This document shows, in pieces, positions 1-7,536 of a stretch of 64,000 nucleotides of DNA. Within the stretch, counting starts at the first letter, position 1. Each line of letters opens with the position of its first letter. The position numbers were made by a program, and so were the translations under genes. The stretch covers positions 192,001 to 256,000 of the forward strand of contig CAWCUS010000002.1 in NCBI GenBank assembly GCA_963798845.1. Reading direction: 5' to 3'. Source of the stretch: an uncultured Gemmatimonadales bacterium (lineage in GTDB: Bacteria; Gemmatimonadota; Gemmatimonadetes; Longimicrobiales; RSA9). The notes beneath the pieces are model-generated. The model was not told where the DNA came from and did no database searches. It was given only the letters and a program-made list of their open reading frames with translations.

Positions 1-70
1 TCTTCCGCACTTCAGGAACATCGGATGGACCCGGACGGCCAGGCGTGACCTAACCGGCAGGTCGAGACGG

Positions 71-106
71 GAACGGGCGCAGCGGCTGAAGCCGTCGCGC
101 CCGTTC
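71..106. terminator. GC-rich hairpin, probable terminator downstream of tRNA-Ser
   Basis: GAACGGGCGC...GCGCCCGTTC inverted repeat; no long U-tract. Confidence 0.5.
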
Positions 107-119
107 GGTCCGAGGTCAG

Positions 120-203
120 CGGAGGTGGAGGGACTCGAACCCCCAAGGGCTTGCGCCCGCCGCATTTCGAGTGCGGTGCCTTACCAATTAGGGCTACACC
201 TCC
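120..203 (-). tRNA. tRNA-Ser(CGA)
   Basis: Cloverleaf, anticodon arm CCGCA-CT-CGA-AA-TGCGG, long variable arm, GGTTCGAGTCC T-arm. Confidence 0.95.
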
Positions 204-244
204 AGGCCGCGGCGGCCGCTGAAGCGGCGGCTGCGGAGCGGGAA

Positions 245-273
245 AAGATAGGAGCGCGGCCGGGTCGGTTCAA
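245..273 (-). promoter_or_regulatory. sigma70-like promoter of tRNA-Ser
   Basis: TTGAAC-17bp-TATCTT on the minus strand upstream of the tRNA. Confidence 0.6.
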
Positions 274-489
274 GCCCCGATGACATCGCGCGCGCCCCGG
301 GAAGCGACTGTGGCTCGAAAGCCCGGAGCCCCGGCCCGCGGGGGAAGGCCGACCCGAGCCGTCGTCCTGGCGCCGCCGCCCCCCACGGTTGCGCGCCGTG
401 ACGGGCGCGGCGAAGCTACGGAATGCTCCGGGGCGGCTCCGGGCCGGTCGGAGTGACCGACGCCGGCGTCGCCCGTGACCCGGACGGCC

Positions 490-1089
490 ATGACGCGGAA
501 GCGATTGATCTGGATGCTGGCCGCCACCGGCGCGGCGCTGGTGGTGGTGCTGGTGTTGGGCGCGACGCTCGGGCGTCCCCGCCACCAGTTCGCGGGCACG
601 CACTTCGACCCGGCGACGCCCGCGGCCCCGTTCACGCTCCATACCGACACGGGCGACGTGAGCCTGTCATCGTTCCGCGGCAAGGCGGTGGCGCTGTTCT
701 TCGGGTACACGTCGTGCCCGGACGTCTGTCCCACCACGCTGCTGCGGCTGAGCCGCATGCTCGACGATCTCGGGAGCGACCGGGACAGGGTGCGCGTGGT
801 GTTCGTGAGCGTGGACCCGGAGCGGGACTCGCCCGAGCGCGTGGCTGCGTACGCGAGGGCCGTGGACCCGTCGATCGTCGGGGTGACCGGGTCGCCGGAA
901 GAGATCGCGGGCGTGGCGAAGAGCTACGGGATCTACTACGCGAAGCAGCCCGGCTCCGACGCCACCGGCTACCTGATGGACCACACCGCGGCGATCACAG
1001 TGGTGAATCCAGCGGGGCGGGTGGCGCTGATCTTGTCGCCCACGCTGACGGCGGAGGAGATGGCCGGGGACGTGAGGGCGATCCTGTGA
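490..1089 (+). CDS. SCO1/SenC family copper-binding protein
   Basis: N-terminal TM helix, FFGYTSCPDVC (CxxxC) and downstream conserved His (MDHT). Confidence 0.93.
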   Translation: MTRKRLIWMLAATGAALVVVLVLGATLGRPRHQFAGTHFDPATPAAPFTLHTDTGDVSLSSFRGKAVALFFGYTSCPDVCPTTLLRLSRMLDDLGSDRDRVRVVFVSVDPERDSPERVAAYARAVDPSIVGVTGSPEEIAGVAKSYGIYYAKQPGSDATGYLMDHTAAITVVNPAGRVALILSPTLTAEEMAGDVRAIL

Positions 1090-1652
1090 TGGCCGCGGCC
1101 ATCCGACCCTCCCGCCTCCTGCAACCCGCCGGTCTTCTCGTGGCGCTCGCGGCGCTGGGCGCGTGCGGGGAAGGGGGCGGTCCGCGTCCGGAGCAAGGGG
1201 CGGGCGACGCCGCCCGGGCTACCCAGCCGGGCGCCGATACCGCGACGGGGTCGCCGGCCGCGGTGGCGGACGGGCTGGCCGTGCTCGACCCGTGGGTGCG
1301 CGCGGCGATCGTGCCTGACATCGGCGCCGGGGAAGCCGGGCCGCCGATCAACTCCGCGGCGTACCTGGCGGTCCGGAACGCGGGCGACGCCGGGGACGCG
1401 CTGGTGGCGGCGTCGTCGCCGGCCGCTTCCGCGGTCGAGATCCACGAAGTGTCCCTGGACGATGGCGTGATGCGGATGCGGCAGGTGGACTCGGTGGCGG
1501 TGCCCGCGGGGGGAACGGCCGTGCTGGAGCCAGGTGGCTACCATATCATGCTGATCGGCCTGAGCGATCCGCTGGTGGCGGGAGACACCGTGGCGCTCAC
1601 CCTCCGCTTCCGCAGCGGCCGGGAGATCGATCTCCGCGCTCCGGTGAGATAG
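1089..1652 (+). CDS. Copper chaperone PCu(A)C family lipoprotein
   Basis: TGATG overlap with SCO gene; lipobox LGAC; EIH...MRM...PGGYHIML motif. Confidence 0.9.
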   Translation: MAAAIRPSRLLQPAGLLVALAALGACGEGGGPRPEQGAGDAARATQPGADTATGSPAAVADGLAVLDPWVRAAIVPDIGAGEAGPPINSAAYLAVRNAGDAGDALVAASSPAASAVEIHEVSLDDGVMRMRQVDSVAVPAGGTAVLEPGGYHIMLIGLSDPLVAGDTVALTLRFRSGREIDLRAPVR

Positions 1653-1731
1653 AGCGGCCTGCGGCCCGCCGGCAGGGCTTCGCCTGCAGTACCCGGCCTA
1701 CGCCCCACCCTGGCGGACCTGCGGCGCGCGA

Positions 1732-1938
1732 GCCCGCGAAGCCCGCCAGGCCCGCCAAGCCCGCCAGGCCCGCGAGGCCCGCGAGGCCCGCGAAGCCCGC
1801 GAAGCCCCCGAAGCCCCCGAAGCCCGCGAAGCCCCCCAGGCCCGCGAAGCCCCCCAAGTCCGCGAAGCCCCCGAAACCCGCTAGGCCCACGAGGCCCGCG
1901 AGGCCCGCGAGGCCCGCGAAGCCCCCGAAGCCTCCGAC
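1732..1938. repeat. Degenerate 9-bp tandem repeat (GCCCGCGAA-like, about 23 units)
   Basis: Directly visible 9-bp periodicity. Confidence 0.9.
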
Positions 1939-2128
1939 GCGACCACTCGAGGCGGGCGAAGCGACCACTCGAGGCGGCATTTCAGTCGATGGGTCGGGAA
2001 GCGGCTTCCATGACCGGATTCTGACCAGGCGGCGGCGCCGGCGACGAACGCGTGGTCGCTCCGCAGGGATGAAGACCGGTTAACGACCACACGGTGGAAC
2101 AGAGGTGCCGATTGGTCGCTCCCCGGTG

Positions 2129-2440
2129 CCCCGCCCCACCCGCCCGACCCGCCCCACCCACCCCACCCGCCCGACCCGCCCCACCCGCCCCACCCGCCCC
2201 ACCCGCCCCACCCGCCCGACCCGCCCCACCCGCCCGACCCGCCCCACCCGCCCCACCCGCCCGACTCACCCCACCCGCTCCACCCGCCCGACCCCTCGAA
2301 CCCCTCGAACCCCTCGAACCCCTCGAACCCCTCGCACCCCTCGAACCCCTCGAACCCCTCGAACCCCTCGCACCCCTCGCACCCCTCGAACCCCTCGAAC
2401 CCCTCGAACCCCTCGACCCTCGGACCCGTCGGACCCGTCG
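2129..2440. repeat. Adjacent 9-bp tandem repeats (CCCGCCCCA/CCCGCCCGA then CCCCTCGAA/CCCCTCGCA)
   Basis: Directly visible 9-bp periodicity. Confidence 0.9.
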
Positions 2441-2450
2441 AACTGCCTGC

Positions 2451-3755
2451 CTACGCGCCCAGTCGCTGGGCGGCCCGAACGGCGTCGGCCACGATCTCCC
2501 GCTCGTCCGCCACCTCGAGCCGCCGCTCGTGCATGAGGACGCGGCCGTCGCAGATGGTGGTGTGGACCGCGCGTCCGTTGGCGGCGTAGACGAGCGCGGA
2601 GACCGGGTCGTGCACGGGCTGCGTGGACGGGTCGGAGAGGTCCACCAGGATCAGGTCCGCGGGCGCGCCGGGCTCCAGGCGGCCGCTGCCGAGCCGGAAA
2701 GCCTCGGCGGGCGCTGTCGTCGCCAGGTCGAGGGCGTCGCGGGCGGTCAGGACCGTGGGGTCGGCCGCGCGGTGCTTCTGCACCAGCGCGACCGTCTTCA
2801 TCTCCTCGATCATGTCCAGGTTGTTGTTCGACCCGGCGCCATCGGTGCCCAGGGCGACGCGGAGGCCGGCCGCCTTCGCGGCCCGGTAGTCGAAGATCCC
2901 GCCCGTCGCCAGCTTCATGTTGGCGGTGGGGTTGGTCACGACGGTGGCGCCCGCCTCGGCCATGAGCTCCATCTCGCCCGGGTCCAGGTAGACGCCGTGG
3001 GCGGCCACGAGGTTGGGGCCGAGCAGCCCGAGCCGCCGGAGGTACTCGGCAGGACGAACGCCGTGCCGCTCGACGCAGCCGTCCACCTCGCCGCGCGTCT
3101 CGGACAGGTGGATGTGGAAGACCAGGTCGTGCTCGGCCGCGAGCTCCCCGAGCCACTCCAGGCTCTCGGGGGCCACGGTGTAGATGGCGTGGGGCGCGAG
3201 CGCGACCTGAACGCGCGGCCCCAGGGCGCCTCGCTCCTCAACCTGCCGGAGCACCGACGCCCGCTGCTCCCCGGCTTCCACGCCGCTGGGGTCGCCGTGG
3301 TCGATGAACACGGAGCCCACGTGGGCGCGGATCCCCAGCTCCTCGACGGCGCGCACCACCGCCGGGCGGTGCCAGTACATGTCGTTGAAGTACGTGGTGC
3401 CCGAGCGGATCATCTCCACCAGGGCCAGGCGCGTGCCGGCGTAGACGTCCGCTTCCGCCAGCTTCGCCTCGGCGGGCCAGATCCGGGTGCGCAGCCACTC
3501 CATGAGCGGGAGGTCGTCGCCCCAGCCGCGGAATAGCGTCATGGCCGCGTGCGTGTGCCCGTTGCGAAGCCCGGGGAACGCGTGCAGCCCGCGGGCGTCG
3601 ATCGAGCGCTCGGGAGCGGCCCGGCCCGCCGCAGGGCCGGCGTCACCCGGGTGGGCGCGGTCGGCCGCCTTCCGGATCCAGGCGATCCGGCCTTCGTCGA
3701 TCCCAATGTCGTGGACGCCCCCATCGAGGATGGCCCCGCGGAGCTCCAGCTTCAC
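2451..3755 (-). CDS. mtaD: MTA/SAH deaminase-like amidohydrolase
   Basis: PGLRNGHTHAAMTLFRGWGDD, HIHLSET, ALGTDGAGSNNNLD; GTG start overlaps stop of the upstream phosphorylase gene. Confidence 0.88.
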   Translation of the reverse strand: MKLELRGAILDGGVHDIGIDEGRIAWIRKAADRAHPGDAGPAAGRAAPERSIDARGLHAFPGLRNGHTHAAMTLFRGWGDDLPLMEWLRTRIWPAEAKLAEADVYAGTRLALVEMIRSGTTYFNDMYWHRPAVVRAVEELGIRAHVGSVFIDHGDPSGVEAGEQRASVLRQVEERGALGPRVQVALAPHAIYTVAPESLEWLGELAAEHDLVFHIHLSETRGEVDGCVERHGVRPAEYLRRLGLLGPNLVAAHGVYLDPGEMELMAEAGATVVTNPTANMKLATGGIFDYRAAKAAGLRVALGTDGAGSNNNLDMIEEMKTVALVQKHRAADPTVLTARDALDLATTAPAEAFRLGSGRLEPGAPADLILVDLSDPSTQPVHDPVSALVYAANGRAVHTTICDGRVLMHERRLEVADEREIVADAVRAAQRLGA

Positions 3756-4465
3756 GTCGCCTCCGTGGTGGTGCGCCGGACCAGCTCGGCGACGATGGCG
3801 CGGGCGCGCTCGGTGTTGCCGGCGAGACGCGCCTCGTACGCATCGAGTGTGAGCGGGGCGCCGCCGATCCCGTTGGCGAGGTTGTCGACCAGCCCGAGCA
3901 TGGCGTAGGAGAGCCCGCGCTCCTGGAAGAGGGTGGCTTCGGACGCGGCGGTCATGCCGATGACGTGGGCGTAGTCGGCGAGGAGCCGGACCTCGGCGCG
4001 CGTCTCGAAGCGCGGCCCGCGCGTCTCCGCGTACACGCCGCCATCCTGCACGGTGCCCCCGGTGGCGCGCGCGGCATCCAGGAGCAGGCGACGCAGCCCT
4101 TCGTCCAGCGCGGGCACCACGTGCAGCCGCTCGTCCTCGGCGAACGAGGGCGGCGCGTGGAAGGAGAGGTAGTCGTCGGGGACCACGGCGGTGCCGGGCT
4201 CGAGCGAGGCGTCGAGCGCGCCCACGGAGCAGAGCCCGACCGCGCGCCGGACGCCGAGGGCCTCGAAGGCGAGGGCGTGGGCATGGTGCGTCACGCGGTG
4301 GGGTGGCCGGTAACGGTCGTGGCCGTGGCGTCGCAGGAAGACGAAGCCGTCGCCCACGTGAGCCACGACCTCGCCGCGCTCCGTCTCCACGAGGCGCTGC
4401 CGCGTCCGCGCGGGCTCGCCGCCGCCGAGGAACGCGCTGCCGCCCACGATCCCGAGTGTGTCCAT
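3752..4465 (-). CDS. mtnP: MTAP-family nucleoside phosphorylase (probably methylthioinosine-type)
   Basis: GIVGGS, RRHG..H..PPH, GPRFETRAE, VIGMT motifs. Confidence 0.85.
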   Translation of the reverse strand: MDTLGIVGGSAFLGGGEPARTRQRLVETERGEVVAHVGDGFVFLRRHGHDRYRPPHRVTHHAHALAFEALGVRRAVGLCSVGALDASLEPGTAVVPDDYLSFHAPPSFAEDERLHVVPALDEGLRRLLLDAARATGGTVQDGGVYAETRGPRFETRAEVRLLADYAHVIGMTAASEATLFQERGLSYAMLGLVDNLANGIGGAPLTLDAYEARLAGNTERARAIVAELVRRTTTEAT

Positions 4466-4601
4466 GCCCGCTCCCGCGCTCCCCTGTCGAACCGGCTGCC
4501 GGGCAGCGGACGCACTTGCCCGCCGCCCCCGCCGTGCTCCACCTTTCGCCTTCCCGACCGCCCTGGAGCGCGCGGCCGGAGCGGCCCCAGCAGGCGGAGC
4601 G

Positions 4602-5717
4602 ATGAAGGTAGACGGCGTCGGCTATCGCAGCATCTTCACGGACGACGACGGCTGGTCCGTCCGCATCATCGACCAGGCCGTTCTCCCGCACGACTTCCGG
4701 CTGGCGCGCCTCACCGACCTGGAGGGCGCCGCGGAGGCCATCGCCACCATGCAGGTGCGCGGCGCTCCGCTCATCGGCGCCACTGCAGCGTACGGCCTGG
4801 CGCTGGCGCTCCGGTCCGACGCCTCCGACGATGCGCTGGACGCTGCGCGCGAGCGTCTCCTGGCGACGCGCCCCACGGCCGTCAACCTCCGCTGGGCGCT
4901 CGACGCCGTCACCGACGCCGTCGCATCCCTCGCACCCGGCGACCGCGCCGCTGCCGCCTACCGCCTGGCCGCCGAAATCGCCGACGCCGACGTGGCGCAG
5001 AACCGCCGCATCGGCGAGCACGGCCTGAAGCTGATCCGCGGCCTGGCCGCACGCAACCCGGACCGGCCGGTGGAGATCCTGACCCACTGCAACGCCGGCT
5101 GGCTCGCCACCGTGGACTGGGGGACGGCCACCTCGCCCATCTACCTGGCGCACGACGAGGGTATCCCCGTGCACGTGTGGGTGGACGAGACTCGCCCGAG
5201 GAACCAGGGCGCGAGCCTGACCGCGTGGGAGCTGGGCCACCACGGCGTGCCCCACACCGTGGTGGTGGACAACGCGGGCGGCCACCTGATGCAGCGGGGA
5301 CGCGTGGACCTGTGCCTCGTGGGCACCGACCGCACCACCGCGGCCGGGGACGTGGCCAACAAGATCGGGACGTACCTGAAGGCGCTGGCGGCGAGCGACA
5401 ACGGCGTGCCGTTCTACGTGGCGGCGCCATCGTCGTCCATCGACTGGACGCTCATGGACGGGCGCGACATCCCGATCGAGGAACGGGACGCGGAGGAGGT
5501 GGTCCGGGTGCGAGGCGCCGCCGGGGACGGCCGCGTGGAGGCCGTTCGCGTGGTGCCCGAGGGGTCGACCGTGGCCAACCCTGCGTTCGATGTCACGCCC
5601 GCCCGGCTGGTCACCGGGCTGATCACCGAGCGGGGGATCGCGGAAGCGAGCGCCGACGGGCTCCGTCGCCTGTTCCCCGAGCGAGCTCCGGCGCACGGAA
5701 AGGGGGTGACTCCATGA
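4602..5717 (+). CDS. mtnA: S-methyl-5-thioribose-1-phosphate isomerase
   Basis: MQVRGAPLIG, TRPTAVNL, LTHCNAGWLA, DETRPRNQG, GDVANKIGT, NPAFDVTP. Confidence 0.96.
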   Translation: MKVDGVGYRSIFTDDDGWSVRIIDQAVLPHDFRLARLTDLEGAAEAIATMQVRGAPLIGATAAYGLALALRSDASDDALDAARERLLATRPTAVNLRWALDAVTDAVASLAPGDRAAAAYRLAAEIADADVAQNRRIGEHGLKLIRGLAARNPDRPVEILTHCNAGWLATVDWGTATSPIYLAHDEGIPVHVWVDETRPRNQGASLTAWELGHHGVPHTVVVDNAGGHLMQRGRVDLCLVGTDRTTAAGDVANKIGTYLKALAASDNGVPFYVAAPSSSIDWTLMDGRDIPIEERDAEEVVRVRGAAGDGRVEAVRVVPEGSTVANPAFDVTPARLVTGLITERGIAEASADGLRRLFPERAPAHGKGVTP

Positions 5718-6346
5718 CGGGGACCGAGCTCCGGGCCGCCGTGGTCCGCGCCGCCCGCCGGATGAGCGCCAGCGGGCTCAGCCGCGGCGTGTCCGGGAAC
5801 GTGAGTGCCCGCGACGCCGACGCCATGCTGGTGACGCCGTCGGCCTTCCCGTACGACGAGATGGGCAATACCGACGTGGTCCGCATGGCGCTGGACGGGC
5901 GCGTGCTCGAGGGCGAGCGCAAGCCGACCACGGAGTGGCCCATGCACGCGGCGATCTACCGCGCCCGCCCGGATGCCACGGCCATCGTCCACGCCCATGC
6001 CACCTTCTGCACCACGCTCGCGACCCTGCGACGCGACATCCCGCCCTTCCACTACATGATCGCCCTGGCCGGCGGCGACTCCATCCGCTGCTCCGGCTAC
6101 GCCACGTTCGGCACCGCCGCGCTCGGCGAGCTGGCCGTCGTCGCGCTGCGCGATCGGCAGGCGTGTCTGCTCGCCAACCACGGCATGATCGCCATCGCAG
6201 CCTCTCCCGACGCCGCGCTGGAGCTCGCCCGCGAGGTGGAGACGCTGGCCGAGCTGTACTGGCGCGCGCTCCAGGCGGGTGAGCCAGCACTCCTCTCCGA
6301 GTCCGACATGGCCGACGCCCTGACCGCCTTCGGCGACTACCGCTGA
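5714..6346 (+). CDS. Class II aldolase (FucA/Ald2-like)
   Basis: SGNVSAR, TPS, EWPMH, HAH, FHYMIA, YATFGT, LANHG; ATGA overlap with mtnA. Confidence 0.9.
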   Translation: MTGTELRAAVVRAARRMSASGLSRGVSGNVSARDADAMLVTPSAFPYDEMGNTDVVRMALDGRVLEGERKPTTEWPMHAAIYRARPDATAIVHAHATFCTTLATLRRDIPPFHYMIALAGGDSIRCSGYATFGTAALGELAVVALRDRQACLLANHGMIAIAASPDAALELAREVETLAELYWRALQAGEPALLSESDMADALTAFGDYR

Positions 6347-6376
6347 ACGGCTCGGTTGCAGCCGGATCTCCTTTTC

Positions 6377-6429
6377 TGTCAATAACTTGAACACATTCCG
6401 CCAGGCCGCGGGACGGCGCCCGTCTTGCG
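6377..6429 (+). promoter_or_regulatory. Candidate IHF site plus sigma54 -24/-12 promoter
   Basis: TGTCAATAACTTG (one mismatch to WATCAAnnnnTTR), followed by ACGGCGCCCGTCTTGCG (GG-N10-GC). Confidence 0.5.
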
Positions 6430-6519
6430 TCCCTTCTTCCTGCGGTCGGCCAGCGGGGCTGCGGCCCCGGTGCGCCGGTCGAAGGCGATCATCGGCGGAA
6501 CCGCAGCAAGGAGGAATTC

Positions 6520-7383
6520 ATGGCGCGATTCGAGCACCTGTCCGAGCGATCGGACATCCGGTTCGGCGAGAACAGCTTCGACGTGCGCGACTGGGAGGTG
6601 CGCACGGGGGCGGACGGCGAGCGGGTAGGCCGGGTCCACGACGTGCTGCTGGGCGAGGGCGGCCGCACACGCTACCTGGACGTGGACCTGGAGGGCGGCC
6701 GGCACGTGCTCATGCCGAGCGGCGAGACGCGCGTGGACGCCAGCGACCGCGTCGTGCGGCTCCCGGGACTGGACCGGGAGTCGATCCGAACGCTCCCCGA
6801 GTACGAGCACGACCCGGGGCACATCACGTCCGACTACGCTCGCTCCCTGGCCACCGCGCACGACCGCGCCTACCGGGAGGAGGACTACTACGAGCGGTCC
6901 CACTACGGCGCGGAATGGACGCGTCGTGAGGGCGAGGCTCCGCGAAAGACCGTGGCGCGGCTCGACCGGCTGGACGACATCGAGCTGGCCGAGCACGACC
7001 CGGATCCGCGCGGGTGGGACGTGGTGGACGCGGCGGACCGGCGGATCGGGCGCGTGGAGCACCTGATCGGGGACACGGGCGCCATGAAGGTGCGCTACCT
7101 CGACGTGGAGCTGGACGAGGAGGTGGCCGGGGACCACCGCAACGTCCTGATCCCCCCGGGGCACGTGGACCTGGACACCGGAAGCGAGCGCGTGGTGGCA
7201 CGCGGCCTGGACCGGTCGAGCTTCGCCCGCATACCGGCGTACGAGGGCGGTCCCATCGGGCGGGGGTACGAGCGCGACCTCACCCGCCGCTACGACGAGG
7301 CGTACGCGGGCGAGCGGGAGTACGAGCACCCCCGCTACAGGGCCCGCTCCATGGACACGCTTCCCGGCCGCGCCGGGCGGTAG
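6520..7383 (+). CDS. Tandem PRC-barrel domain protein
   Basis: Two repeats of D(V/P)R.W.V...DG/D...G.V..L....RYLDV(D/E)L; RBS AGGAGG. Confidence 0.88.
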   Translation: MARFEHLSERSDIRFGENSFDVRDWEVRTGADGERVGRVHDVLLGEGGRTRYLDVDLEGGRHVLMPSGETRVDASDRVVRLPGLDRESIRTLPEYEHDPGHITSDYARSLATAHDRAYREEDYYERSHYGAEWTRREGEAPRKTVARLDRLDDIELAEHDPDPRGWDVVDAADRRIGRVEHLIGDTGAMKVRYLDVELDEEVAGDHRNVLIPPGHVDLDTGSERVVARGLDRSSFARIPAYEGGPIGRGYERDLTRRYDEAYAGEREYEHPRYRARSMDTLPGRAGR

Positions 7384-7536
7384 GCGCGGGCGCCGGCGGG
7401 GCGCGGGGCGGGGCGGAGGAGCCGGCCAGGGCGGTGCTGCCGCGGCCGCGCCGGGGAAGGCCCGTTTCGTGGACCGGGCGGGTCGTCTACGTTGTCCTCC
7501 CTGGAAACAGGCTCCCACTCCAGAATGAGGTGACGC

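Noticed and set aside
1..48. 3' end of a CDS entering from the left (..EHRMDPDGQA*) or an ncRNA
   Set aside because: Too little sequence to support either call.
2052..2090. Self-cleaving ribozyme or riboswitch
   Set aside because: Only a 7-bp closing stem; no hammerhead or twister core recognised, and it is not upstream of a gene.
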